A DNA stretch of 64,000 nt from Octopus bimaculoides (taxonomy: Eukaryota), in NCBI RefSeq assembly GCF_001194135.2, contig NC_068989.1, positions 57,589,514-57,653,513 on the forward strand. The letters run 5' to 3'. The notes beneath the pieces are model-generated. The model searched no databases. It worked only from the letters and a program-made list of their open reading frames with translations, and was not told the origin of the DNA. Made by a program: the position numbers and the translations under genes. Positions 1 through 12,749 of this stretch are shown one piece after another; position 1 is the stretch's first letter, and every line of letters starts with the position of its first letter.

Positions 1-117
1 GGTCGGCCTAAGGCTATATTAAAAGATACTTGACCAAAGTGCGACGCAGCGTGACTGAATCCGGAACTATGTGGTTGGGAAACAAGCTTCTTACCACACA
101 ACCACGCCTGCGCCTAT
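1..117 (-). mobile_element. SINE family B, 5' head fragment
   Basis: This is the reverse complement of GGCGTGGTTGTGTGGTAAGAAGCTTGTTTCCCAACCACATAGTTCCGG..., the head shared with the copies at 20754, 37401 and 44888. Confidence 0.8.
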
Positions 118-149
118 GTGTGTGTGAGAGAGGGGGCGTGCATGCGTGG

Positions 150-430
150 GGGGGAGCGGGGGTTATTGCGCCATCTTCCCAGATAATTCTCATCTTTCTG
201 CTTCCTCGTTGTCAATTACATTTCTGACTCCCCATCCATGACCACTTAGATGACTGTTCGATTCTACTGCTGGTCTGCATGGTTTGAAGCATAGATGTAA
301 GACAAAAAATATAATTTCCACTGGATCGATCAGGTCGTTTTGTGGGATAAGGAGTTCCCCGATCAAAAGTTCTAACGTTTTTGACATGAAATTGAACCTT
401 TTCGCTGGTTAGTTCTGCGCACATTGTCAC
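150..430 (-). pseudogene. Possible highly decayed mariner transposase C-terminal fragment
   Basis: The minus-strand translation TFDRGTPYPTKRPDRSSGNYIFCL loosely resembles the mariner HPPYSPDLAPSDYHLF motif. No TIRs were seen. Confidence 0.3.
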
Positions 431-895
431 ACTTCCATCAGCATAGCCCTTTCAGAAGCTGAAATGACAAACGAGGTCGCCATAAACAGACAATTGCAAG
501 TCGTTTGATTATAGAAATAGAAGAAACGATTGCAAAAAGATGAAAAGCAAGAACTGATCACAGCGAGATTCGATCTCAGATTTTAAAGAGATGGAGTGAT
601 TACTGAAAAGCACTTTATTCGACGCTACAGCGACTCGACCAATTTACTGCCTTTTATGCTTGAATATGTATGTATTAACGTACGTACATACGTATGTATG
701 TACGTAGATATGTACGCACTTGTTTGTGTATGTACATGCATGTGTGTGTACACATATATATATATGCATATATGTATATGTGTATAACACATATATACAT
801 ATATATATATATACATACTTGCATATACATATATATATACATACATATATGTATGTGTATATGTGTGTGCACGTTTCTGTATATGCATATATATG

Positions 896-932
<37 letters not shown>

Positions 933-942
933 NNNNNNNNNN

Positions 943-983
<41 letters not shown>

Positions 984-1233
984 GCAGACGTACAGGGTGA
1001 GGGGAAAGAGAGAGAGAGAAAGGGTAGTTGAATACGATTAGTGATTGGACCAAGACCAATAGTAATAATAAATGTAAAAAAGAATAAACTGAAAATGTCT
1101 GCAACATTAAAACGTGAGCGAAGTATTTAATGTTTAAAAGAACGTTTCCGTACACATATATTCATAGCAGCACAGTATGGTAGTCACCGTGTTTAATAAT
1201 AGCAAAGTAATAATAATGTATTGCACTTCTTTT

Positions 1234-1301
<68 letters not shown>

Positions 1302-3329
1302 GACAGAGAAAGCGAGAGATTTGTTATTCTCAGTAAAAATCCTGTTTATGACATATCAAATATGAAAGACTGACTGGAAATAATTAGAATACAACATCAA
1401 TAATGAGGTTTTACGAAATATTATTCCACTGTACAGCGTTGTGAAGAACTTGAAATGATGGTGATTTTTTTTTTGTTATTTTATATTTTTATGGGGGTTT
1501 TTTTGGTTTTTTGGGTTTTTTTTTTTATTTATGCATTTATTTACTTGTATAAATGTTGTTCTTCGTCGTCGCTGTCGCTGCTGTCTCTATTGCTATCATT
1601 GCTCTTACACTATTACGACCACAATAACAATTGCCTCTGCTATATGAAACTATCGGCACCATCAACAACAACAGCAACACCATCAACAACAACATCGCCC
1701 ATATCACTAATATTACTTCCAACACCAACACCATCAACAACAACACCAAGAACACCAAGAGCACCTAGAACACCACTACCATTAACATCACCACTACCAA
1801 CACCAATACCACCACCACCACTGACATCACTTGTATCGTTCCTACACTATCCACAATATTGTCTTCGGTAAGGGTAGAAACAATCAGTACGGATGCATGC
1901 GGGTATGGCTATGTGGCTAAGAAGTTTACTTTGCAACTACGTGGTACCCTCTGCAGGGTACCTTTTCCGTGTTCAGAAGACAGTTGCGTAACTTGGATTT
2001 TGGTCGCTCTGTACGCTAGCCAAAATTGCTGCAGGCCACATCGTACAGTTATACATCACAGACAACTTACGCTACGCCACTGAGCAAGTGTCTTCTACCA
2101 TTGCCTCGGGTAGACAAATACCTTTTTAATGAAATTGATAAATGATATCTGAGTGAATGCCTGTCGGATAGACCGTTCCTGTCCCTAAGTTGTCGTCTGA
2201 ATCTGTTTCCCGGTTTAACACCGTCACCCGGCCTTTGCGTACTTATGGTGGAGTCCACTCTGTTACAAACATTTGGTCTTGGTTTTTATACTGAAGATAA
2301 ATTCGTTGCTTCTTCACTTCAATCACGGAGGCCCTATTGAACTGTCAGGGAGCATTACGTTCTTTCTTGGACTGAACGATGAAAAAAGCAATAAAGCAAC
2401 AATAAATAAGAAGAAAATTAAAAACAAAAACAAGAATGAAATCAATGAGCTAATGCGATAGCCTCTAAGACGTCGTACAGCGAGCTAGAAATAGAAAATC
2501 TTCTATAAATCTTTCCTGCTGTCATACAAGAAAAGAAATACACATTGCTTAATGCGAGGTTAGTAAAGTGGCCAATATTGCCTTATGGTGATCTATAGTC
2601 CTATCCAAGGCGCCGATAAACACCTGAAACGATTTTTAGTATTAAGGGTACTGAATTATTAGGAGACTGTTTTCTCAACAGGAATAAGACTCGATTTCAA
2701 ATACTATATAGAAATTCAAAATGCCTTAGGAGATATCTCTTCGTTGGTACACCTCTGGTAAATATTGATTCGCCTTAGCAGATATCTCGTCGTTGGTATA
2801 GTCCTAGTAAACACTGGCTCGCCAATCGGTCAACTGGCCGATTGGCAAACCAATCAAGGGAAAACTCATACTATTCATGAGACACTCAGTACAATAGAGT
2901 GGTGTCAATGGTCTGACAATTTTGAATTTACTTTAAATTACATTAATTTCCAGCCAAATATTGACGCAATAACCAGTATGCACCAAGCATATAATTCACA
3001 TTAAATATTCCAACTATATCAATATAACACGATTGAATTTTTATTGTTCTTTATTAGTTTCGGTTAGTATTTCCATTAAATTTCTTTAACTACTTCTTAT
3101 CAATTAAAAAACGATAATGACACAAAAGAATAAAGGCATTGTTGTTTTTAAATCAAGAAATATTTTATTGATTATACTTTTTAACTTTATTTTAGAAGTT
3201 TACATGATGGAGGTGAATAAGTTATCACTAATTCCTTGAAGGGGGTCAATGATATAAGAAATTTACCTATTCTTGGTGGTTTAATTCAGTCCGTAATACA
3301 TATAAAACGAAATGAATTGTCAAGACTGA

Positions 3330-3400
3330 CAGGGATTTACTCGCTGATCAGGGATTTACTCGCTGATCAGGGATTTACTCGCTGATCAGGGATTTACTCG
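3330..3400. repeat. Perfect 19-bp minisatellite (CAGGGATTTACTCGCTGAT) x3.7
   Basis: Three identical copies and a partial fourth are read directly from the sequence. Confidence 0.95.
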
Positions 3401-3418
3401 ATCAGAGATAATCTAGAT

Positions 3419-3671
3419 CACTAGTTCTCAACCGGGATCCACATGGCCCTTGGGGTCCATATACGATTTTGTTGTTAAAATTTATGTCCAATAAATTGAT
3501 TATACTTCTACAAAACACAAAATATCTTAGCAATTTTTTTACACAAATCCTCATAATATTTAATTGTAAAAAGATATAAGATTTTTTAAACATCGAATGG
3601 TTATGGGGGATCCGGTAGAGTAAAATAGGAATCAAAGGGGTACAAAGGTGAAAAATGGTTGATAACCACTG
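3419..3671. mobile_element. hAT-type MITE
   Basis: Degenerate 15-bp TIRs cactagttctcaacc (3419-33) and ggttgataaccactg (3657-71) are of the CAGTGGTTCTCAACC type. The interior resembles the copy at 46314-46915. The TSD was not recovered because a SINE abuts the right end. Confidence 0.7.
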
Positions 3672-4060
3672 TTGTGTTGTTGCTGGCACTCCGTCGCTTA
3701 CGACGTCGAGGGTTCCAGTTGATCCGATCAACGGAACAGCCTGCTCGTGAAATTCACGTGCAAGTGGCTGAGCATTCCACAGACACGTGTACCCTTAACG
3801 TAGTTCTCGGGGATATTCAGCGTGACACAGTGTGACAAGGCTGACCCTTTGAATTACAGGCACAACAGAAACAGGAAGAAAGAGTGAGAGAAAGTTGCGG
3901 TGAAATAGTACAGCAGGGTTCGCCACCATCCCCTGCCGGAGCCTCGTGGAGCTTTAGGTGTTTTCGATCAATAAACACTCACAACGCCCGGTTTGGGAAT
4001 CGAAACCGCGATCCTATGACCGCGAGTCCGCTGCCCTAACCACTAGGCCATTGCGCCTCC
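3671..4060 (-). mobile_element. tRNA-derived SINE family A, full length
   Basis: The minus strand starts GGAGGCGCAATGGCCTAGTGGTTAGGGCAGCGG (A box) and includes GGTTTCGATTCC (B box). It ends in a (CAA)n tail and is closely similar to the + copy at 26870. Confidence 0.9.
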
Positions 4061-4064
4061 ACTC

Positions 4065-4460
4065 AAGAAATAGTAGCCAAATTTCACTCAAATCACACGC
4101 TATTGTCTAAGAAAGGGAAGATGCATTACATAATTATATTCCCGCGTACACTTTCACTAGAGAAAATACTTGATAGCCATGGCTGGAATAGCTTTGATTA
4201 TAAGTCTGGTCTCTCACTACTGACCTGGAGCTAAACAACAGTAACACGACATCATCATATCGTCATAAATAAATGATACAACAGGGACCAAAGGATGCAA
4301 CTTCTACGCTTGAAGTGTTAAAATAGCAGTCAAATCTCCCTCAGGTGACACCTTAGCGTTTGAGAAAAAAGATGTCTGAATAAAAAAAAGACTAGATGGC
4401 TACAGGTAGAACTACTTTTGATCATAAGACTGTTTAATCAGGACCGAACTTAGACTGAAC
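4065..4460 (+). mobile_element. Two copies of interspersed repeat family E (AAATAGCAGCCAAATCTCCCTCAAATCACAC...CTAAACAACAAC)
   Basis: The same motif chain recurs at about 15410-15545, 22160-22660 and 56960-57145. The (CAA)-like tail suggests the 3' end of a retroposon. Family identity is unknown. Confidence 0.6.
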
Positions 4461-4578
4461 GCCAGCAAAAATACCATTGACATTCATATTAGTATTTATG
4501 AGTCAATGACGGGGGAGCCTGTACGTAGCTTTTCGACCTGCAAGAAAGAGTAACCAAAATCACCTTCAATAGGTAGGA

Positions 4579-4632
4579 ATACACTAGATACACTACGGGA
4601 TACACTAGATACACTACGGGATACACTAGATA
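4579..4632. repeat. 21-bp minisatellite (ATACACTAGATACACTACGGG) x2.6
   Basis: Identical copies are read directly from the sequence. Confidence 0.9.
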
Positions 4633-6277
4633 ATGTTGTTCTAGAAGCACTATGTCTGAAAAAAAAGAGACGAGATAGTCACGACGGGAGTGTCTTTGAT
4701 TGTTGGATAAGGACAAACCTAGGATTAAACAGCAATGATCCATACTACACTATTCAGTTGCAACATTAAATAACAAACAACATCAAAAATAGCAGCAAAC
4801 AATAACAACAGTATCAACAATAATAACAATACCAGCAATAATAAATCATGTTCACATTGAACTGCAAGAATAAACGCGATGCCATGCATATTCATTTTTA
4901 AAAGGCTTCAGTAGATTTGAAATTGAAATATGCTAATCGCTGTCGTATATTTCGTCATTGGAAAACAACATCTTTCAGAAGTTTGTGTGTTCATAACACA
5001 AGTGATTCATTGGGATAAAGGGAGTTTGAGACAGTTAGCAAGGTCGAAACACCAGCGTCTCAAAGTATCCTTGTCGCAAAAGATCGAGTGTGTTATGAAT
5101 ACACAGTTGTCTTCGTCTGAATGGAGAATTTGTTCTATGATGAAATACAACAGTGATTAGTATATTCACGTTCGAATCGCCCGAAAGCATTAAGACTAAA
5201 TAACCCATTCGATTGTAAGCGCAATGCCTGAAATTTAGGTGCCGGGGGATAATCGATTACATCGATCCCAACGCTCGACTGATACTTATTTCATTGATCT
5301 CGAAAAGATGACAGGCAAAGTCGACCTCGGCGGAATCTGAATTCAGAACTTAAAGACGGATAAAATAAGTACCAACTGAGCATTGGAGTCGATGTAATCG
5401 ATTTACCTCTTCACCCGAAAATGCTGGCATTGTGCCAAAATTTGAAATCATTATAAAGATCAAATAACAGCAATAATATTATAAAACAAAAACGGTGTTA
5501 CCAGCAACAATTACAAAATACAAAGCAATAACGACTGCGGCAACAAGTCCAACAAGTAGAAGTTTCTAACAAGGAAACTTCTACATTTAAAGTACTTAAC
5601 GGTGGGTAGAAACCCTTGAGGGTTCCACTCCTAGTTATTTTCCTAGGTATAGTGATGACAGAGCCACATGGCGATTTCGACGTACATGTGTACAACTGTG
5701 CAATCTCGTTGAATTAGAGTGAGAAGTTGCTGGATGTACCACAGACGCGTGTATCCGTCATATAATTCTCAGACAGAATCAGCTTAACAGAGTGTATAAT
5801 GACAAGGTTGGACGTTTGAATTACAGGTGCAACTTACCCTACGGGTTTCTATACAGTTTCCATCTCCGAAAATTTTTCCATAGGGTTTACATTGACCGGA
5901 GGTCAGGGTAAATACATTTACCTAATACCATGCAATCGGATCGAACCTGAGATTTTATGGTTGCGACGCGAACTGCTTAACCACTCAACCGTGCCTGCAT
6001 CTACCATATGTAATGTAAAACCAAGCTATTAGTACGTTTTAGGGTCATTCTGGTAGTTTCTAGAACTGATGATGATGATGATTTTTGACAGTCCAAAAAA
6101 GGGGTATGGAAACTTTAAGTGATCTTTTAATATCTGGAATCATGAAAGGTGTTGAGCATTCTTCATATACAGGATTAATCCACCTCCAAGAAATAGCTAC
6201 CAAATTTCCCTCCAATTTCACCCAACTATATATATATATATACATACATGCACACACACACACACACACATACACAC

Positions 6278-6633
6278 AACGAGTACGACATATGCATTTA
6301 CCCATTATTCCAACATAAATTGAAACATTTTATTCGCAAAAATAGATGCAAATGTTGTATAACGCTTCTCAACATTCTTTTCTTTAATTGTTTTCCCTTA
6401 AATATACCAGCTTCAAACAAAACGTGAACAAAGTGTAATATTGGAAATGGCTTGTATAAAGGAATAAAGGTTATTGTGAAAGCAAAGGGTAGCCATTTTG
6501 AACTGTGAATATATGTAGAATATTGTCAATTAATATAACAATCAACCTGTAAACTTTCATTAACCAAAACTTTATTTTTTTTAATATTTTATGATAAAAT
6601 GAATAATGGGTAGAATATATATGCCGCACCCGG
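6278..6633 (+). mobile_element. Old non-autonomous Tc1/mariner deletion derivative
   Basis: Decayed ~30-bp TIRs: gagtacgacatatgcatttacccattattc (6281-6310) versus gaataatgggtagaatatatatgccgcaccc (6601-31), with a perfect 12-bp core. The interior encodes VIVKAKGSHFEL*, typical of a Tc1/mariner transposase C-terminus. Confidence 0.6.
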
Positions 6634-6641
6634 AATGTATG

Positions 6642-6717
<76 letters not shown>

Positions 6718-7204
6718 CGTATGTGCGTGAGAGAATCAGAGAGAGAGAAGAGTACTGAAAAATGTGATCTATGACGTATTATGACTGGAAATATGAAGTC
6801 ATGAACGGAAGGTCTTCGATCATAGACATGATGGGGAGCAAATCGACAAAACTGTAACCGTCAGTCAGCACCATAATAATAACAACTACAGCAGATATAA
6901 TTATAAGAACGATGTCATCAGTAGGAAGGCCTTGCGTTGTGGCCGCTCGACCTGCTAGAAATAATAGCCTACCGTCTTTAATAAAAAAAGATAGTTGGAA
7001 AGGACGCATATATATCATAGTTCTAGATACACTCCCTGAAATAGATGAACGGTCACGGTTGAAATCGTGGGGTTCAATAATAACTACTGCTACCATTAAT
7101 AGACTCAATTCTTGAACTAAAGGGGTTTCAAATTAGTCACTCAAACTGACAGATATAGTAGCTAAATTATCCTTAGCTCACCTAATATATACATGTGTAT
7201 GTGT

Positions 7205-7410
7205 CTTTTATCTTTTACTTGTTTCAGTCATTAGACTGCGGCCATGCTGGGGCACCGTCTTGAAGAATTTTTAGTCAAACGAATCGACCACAGTACTTAT
7301 TTATTTTTTAAGCCTGGTACTTAATCTATTGGTCACTTTTGTCGAATTGCCAAGTTATGAGAATGTAAACACACTAACACCTGTTGTCAAGCAGTGGTGG
7401 CGAACAAACA
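7205..7410 (-). mobile_element. SINE family B, 3' half
   Basis: Reverse complement of ...CCCCAGCATGGCCGCAGTCTAATGACTGAAACAAGTAAAAGATAAAAGA. A similar minus copy lies at 12525-12720 and a 5' half at 13958-14138. Confidence 0.85.
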
Positions 7411-7819
7411 CAGATGCAAAAACTCACACCACCCACATGTGCGTGTGTGTCTGTGTTTATGTATGTATCCTCGATTGGGATATTTTTTCATTTCGATATT
7501 TTTTTTGCCTCTTTCTCTCCGATGACGGTATATTTAGCTTATGTGGAATCTTTACTCAATATCATGATCCACATATTTAGCTATTCTAGAAATAGCTGTA
7601 AGAGACTCTATCTGTTTATATTCTCCATCTAAATTAAAAGTTTTTTTTGAGTAATGCCAAATATTTTGCTTTTCCATTTTTTATTTTAATCTGTATTCAC
7701 CCACTCAAGGAGAAACCACTTCTAACCGCCCTCGATAGGCAGTCTCAGCACTACATTTTCAACTGCAGTTCAAGCCGGAGTTTTAGTGATAAACCAAACT
7801 GAGCACTCATAGTACATAC

Positions 7820-7870
<51 letters not shown>

Positions 7871-7950
7871 TGTGTGCGCGCGCGCGCGCGTGTGTGTCTG
7901 TCTGTCTGTCTGTCTGTATGTATGTATGTATGTATGTATGTATGTATGTA

Positions 7951-9295
7951 TATCACTGACATCTCATTTTAACAGATGTATTTACCATAATTACATAAAA
8001 ATATCTTGAAATACTAAAGAGTAAATTTATTCAATAAAACTGCCATTGGCTTCAACCACGGCCTCCTGACAACTTCGGAACCTCTTGTGACTCTTCTGGA
8101 CGGTCTCCTTATTTAACTTGGTGAATACTGCTATAATCCTTGCCTTTAGTTCATCTTTGGTGTTACAAGGAGTTTTGTTGGTCTCTCGCTCAACTGCGCC
8201 CACACATAACAATCAAGGGGGTTGCAGTCTGGGGAGATAAGAGATCAAATGTAAGGGGTGATGTGGTCGCAGAAATTGTCTGACAGTTCATGCCTGGGTT
8301 CCCCTGCTTGTTTAGCATGGTGCAGAGTCCTGTTGCCAGGCATAGGGTCTTCCAGCAGCCACTCTCTTGTCTCAAGGCAGCATTACCTCTTCCAGGCACT
8401 TGATGCAGGCCTCCGTGTTGAGTGTGAGGCCGTATGAGAAGATGAACGGAGGCATAACGTCGGAATCACAAGTGATCACTCCAAACACCATGATGTCTGG
8501 ATGTTTAATTTTTATCACTCTCGATACATTTTTTGGAGACACGGCTAGCCAACGGTTGTTCTCCATCTGATCCTAGCAGAAATTTTTCTCGTCTGATAAA
8601 ACCAAAGCATTTTCGGTTAGAGGAGATACTTGAATTTATTCAAAAGCTTCGTAGCATGGCTTTTCCTCTTGTCTTTGATGGATTGGAATAAAAATTATCC
8701 CTTTTTCATCTTGTATGAGGATTACTGAATGTTTTCATGCACTACCTGCCTGATAAGAAACTCAGACACTCCTATGTCCCTGGTGATGAACCTGATTGAC
8801 TTGGAGGGATCGTTGTCAATCATGGCCTAGATCTCACCAACAAATTTAGGAGTTCTTTTCTGATCAGAACGATCAAAGTGAGTTTTTTGAGATGCCGTAC
8901 CTTCGTAATTATCATTAGATTCATCCGACTCTTTCCGAATCCTTTGCACTGTCCTCAGATTGACACGCAAGCACTCTGAAATGTTCGTATTGGAGCTTCC
9001 GGGACGAATACCAAGCTGTACAGCATGTCGATTCCAAATTTTTTTTACTCCACTACTTTGGATGTAGTATTAGATACAAGATTCATGATTTTAATGAATA
9101 GACAAGATGGTTATGGCTGGAACGCTTCTGATCATGAGCTTGGTCAGTCAGAGCAAAATCTGGAGGTTGAACAACAAGTACAATGAAAAAAAATATTTTA
9201 ATTAAAAAAATGAAATATAATATCTCCGAACCTTGTTGATGCACTAGTATCTGTTGCTATAGCAACCTCTTCAATCAGCTCGTCTGTATGAGCAC
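7951..9295 (-). mobile_element. Decayed DD37D (maT) Tc1/mariner DNA transposon with transposase pseudogene at about 8027-9040
   Basis: The minus strand encodes an HTH region (ECLRVNLRTVQRIRK), SDEKNF, MVFGVIT, WQQDSAP, SPDCNPLD and the C-terminus AVVEANGSFIE*. The second and third Asp are 37 codons plus 1 nt apart. There are multiple stops and frameshifts. The TIRs are not visible, being cut off by a microsatellite and a gap. Confidence 0.88.
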
Positions 9296-9644
9296 NNNNN
9301 NNNNNNNNNNNNNNNNNNNNNNNNNNNNNNNNNNNNNNNNNNNNNNNNNNNNNNNNNNNNNNNNNNNNNNNNNNNNNNNNNNNNNNNNNNNNNNNNNNNN
9401 NNNNNNNNNNNNNNNNNNNNNATATATATATATATATAAATTTGTGTGTGTCTAGATGAGTGCACATATAGGTGTTACATTGATCTGTTGGTTGAATGTA
9501 GCGACTATTATAATGTGATTACTATGGTTACCATTTCCTACTGCATTTTCCTTCTTCACTTCTCTCTAGACATTGACTATTATCAACTTATATATTCCAC
9601 TGACAGCATCTCATTTCTCCGCCTTTAACTCTGCTGCCTTTCTC

Positions 9645-9687
<43 letters not shown>

Positions 9688-9910
9688 ACATGTATGTAAT
9701 TATGTGCGTATAGTTGTATGTTTATATGTGTTCGTGTGTATATGTATGTGTATGTGTGTGTGTGTGTGTGTATACGTGAATAGGAGATGCACATCTGTAT
9801 AAATAATCCAGAATTGTAATGAATTCAAAGAGTAAATTATATATACGTATATGTTATAGAGAGAGAGGAGGGCATAGCGAGATGGCTACATAGATAGCCA
9901 ACTACATACA

Positions 9911-9944
<34 letters not shown>

Positions 9945-10533
9945 CATACATACATACAATACATATATGCGTAACTTACGTACCTATGTATATATGTATA
10001 TATANNNNNNNNNNNNNNNNNNNNNNNNNNNNNNNNNNNNNNNNNNNNNNNNNNNNNNNNNNNNNNNNNNNNNNNNNNNNNNNNNNNNNNNNNNNNNNNN
10101 NNNNNNNNNNNNNNNNNNNNNNNNNNNNNNNNNNNNNNNNNNNNNNNNNNNNNNNNNNNNNNNNNNNNNNNNNNNNNNNNNNNNNNNNNNNNNNNNNNNN
10201 NNNNNNNNNNNNNNNNNNNNNNNNNNNNNNNNNNNNNNNNNNNNNNNNNNNNNNNNNNNNNNNNNNNNNNNNNNNNNNNNNNNNNNNNNNNNNNNNNNNN
10301 NNNNNNNNNNNNNNNNNNNNNNNNNNNNNNNNNNNNNNNNNNNNNNNNNNNNNNNNNNNNNNNNNNNNNNNNNNNNNNNNNNNNNNNNNNNNNNNNNNNN
10401 NNNNNNNCTTTTTTCTCTCTCTCTTCATAGTTCCTCGTTTCGTTGCCACTGTTTCCTATCTATCCGACTTTCTTTCAATTTTCTTCTTCTAGTCGAACCT
10501 CGCTTATTTTATACGCACCCCACATATATTTCA

Positions 10534-10592
<59 letters not shown>

Positions 10593-10799
10593 CGCGCGCG
10601 CGTGTATGTAGCCTCAAATTATACCATATCAGCTTTTAAAATAATACTGAATATTATAGTCGAAAGTAAACTACCTAAATCAGTTGGAGGGCCACTTCTG
10701 GAAGGCCTTAATTCATATGTCTGCTCTTTCAGTTTGACCTGAAGGTACAGAACACGACAACAATGATTCTTTCTCTCGTCCTTTTGTGCCAAGTCTCAC

Positions 10800-11201
10800 A
10801 AAAGCCCTTCCCCCTCTCTCTCTCTCTCTCTTCCTCTCTCACCCTCTCTCACTCTCTTTGTTGTTTTCCTTTCTTCTTCACTATCTCAATGTCTCCATCT
10901 CTCGTATCTTGTTATCTTTTGCTCTCACTTTATAATTTATCATTTGCTCTCTCTCGCCCTCTTCACTTATATCTCTTTCCCCATCTCTGTATCTTTATCT
11001 CTCTCTCTCTCTCTCTCTCGCTCTCTCTCTCTCTCTCGATCTCGCTCTCTCTTCCTTCTCTGTATCTTCTTCCTCTCTTTCTCCCTTTATCTCTCACGCT
11101 TCCATCTCTATTTTCAACTCTCTCTCTAACTCTTTTTCTGTCTTTTTCTCTTTCCCTCTCTCATTCTTTCTTTCTCTCTATCTCTTTTTCTACCTCTATC
11201 T

Positions 11202-11265
<64 letters not shown>
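10800..11265. repeat. Degenerate (CT)n polypyrimidine tract
   Basis: About 460 bp, almost entirely C/T on the + strand. It explains the Leu/Ser ORF at 10763-11419. Confidence 0.9.
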
Positions 11266-11267
<2 letters not shown>

Positions 11268-12039
11268 CCTATCTATTGTTTCTTGTAAATTCTTACTTTC
11301 CTTATTATCTAAATTCTTTTTTTTACCCTTCTGTATTTTCAAGAACATTTTACACATCTCCAAGATCTCTGTATGTCTGTTTGTTTCCTTTAAACTCGTC
11401 TCCTATCAGCATTGAATGAAGTCAATTGCATTCAATGACAAGTTTTATTAATATTAGATTAAAAAGCACTAATTAAAATCAATCGTTGGTTTTAAGAATT
11501 GGTTTCGTGCTGATCCGGTCAGTAATGAAAAGCAAAAGTTTATCCTGTGTTTGGATGGAGACGGGGCTAATTTATTGTTATTTGTCTTCAATTGACTGAA
11601 GATTCTTTTGTCTGTTGTTGTGTTTTTAAGTGTGGAAATTGTTAAACTTCTTTTCATGTTTTATAGATTCATCTATTGCGAGTACGCTTTTTTCATAGGT
11701 CGTTAGTTCATCAAAGAACTATGTTTCTGTTCAACATTGGTTTGAAACGTGGTGGGAAGTGGATAAGCTGAATTGATAGAGCATCTAAGGAAATTAATGT
11801 GCGGTATCTAGTTGGTCATCTTTACGTTCTGAGTTCAAATCCTGCTGAGATCATTTTAGTCTTTCATCCTTCCGAGGAGGGGTGGAGTTCGATAAATAAC
11901 GTACCAGTCAAGTACTAGAGTTGATTTAATCTAGTCCTCGGGATTACATTACAAAACAACCAATATTGGTTGAAACAAATGTTGGGCCATTGGAACAACA
12001 ATAAAATACATTATGATATTTGAATAAACATGATAAAAC

Positions 12040-12420
12040 CAGAATTCTGCTTGACCAGAAATGCGAAGTAGAATCCTCAACTGATATCTTCTCTCTAAGA
12101 AGAGTAAATTCGGTTACACTCTCACATGTGAAGAATGAATGTTGTGTTAGACGCTGTAAGTGAGCAAAAAGTTCATGGCCTTTGAAATAAAGTGTTATAC
12201 AAAGATACTTCAACGTTCTCATACAGAATACTAAAAAAGGAAATGTTGAGAAGAGCGTGAACCACGAAAGTCGTCTGCCAATTATTGAAAGGCGAAAATT
12301 GGAGTGGATTGCGCATTGTAATACGATGCCAAGACACCCTACCATTAGGATGTGGTCATGTGTAAGCAAATCTTCGTTTAAAAAGATATAGGAAGGCTAT
12401 TCAAGTAGATGGTTGAACAG
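12040..12420 (+). pseudogene. RTE-clade LINE ORF2 C-terminal remnant
   Basis: Frames read FMAFEIKCYTKILQRSHTEY and IERRKLEWIAHCNTM, matching the RTE post-RT consensus AFEMxCYRxILxISxTE...RRLxWxGHV. The sequence is frameshifted. Confidence 0.7.
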
Positions 12421-12749
12421 CACCTCAAGAATTACTACAGATTATCTGTAGTTGATAAAAAACAACTACAGATTACCTTCCCCGCCTTAGCTCCGGTCAC
12501 CACCAGCGATCGACCGTTATCATTTATCTTTTACTTGTTTCAGTCATTGTACTACAGCCATGCTGAGACACTGCCTTGAAGAATTTTATAGTCGAATGAA
12601 TCGATCCCAGTACTTTTTTTCAACTTGGAATTTATTCTATCGTTCTCTTAAGCCGAATCGCTAGTTTACGGGAACGTAGAACCATCAACACCGGTTTTCA
12701 AGTGGTCGTTGGAGTACACAAATAAGGCACAATTTTTACGATGCATAAA

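Noticed and set aside
1455-1871. Mucin-like Thr/Pro-rich ORF with hydrophobic N-terminus
   Set aside because: It is built from poly-T tracts and degenerate (CAA/CAC)n repeats, with no splice or homology support.
6779-7115. Overlapping ORFs of 109 and 67 aa
   Set aside because: There are no recognisable motifs or splice signals, and the region includes repeat-derived sequence.
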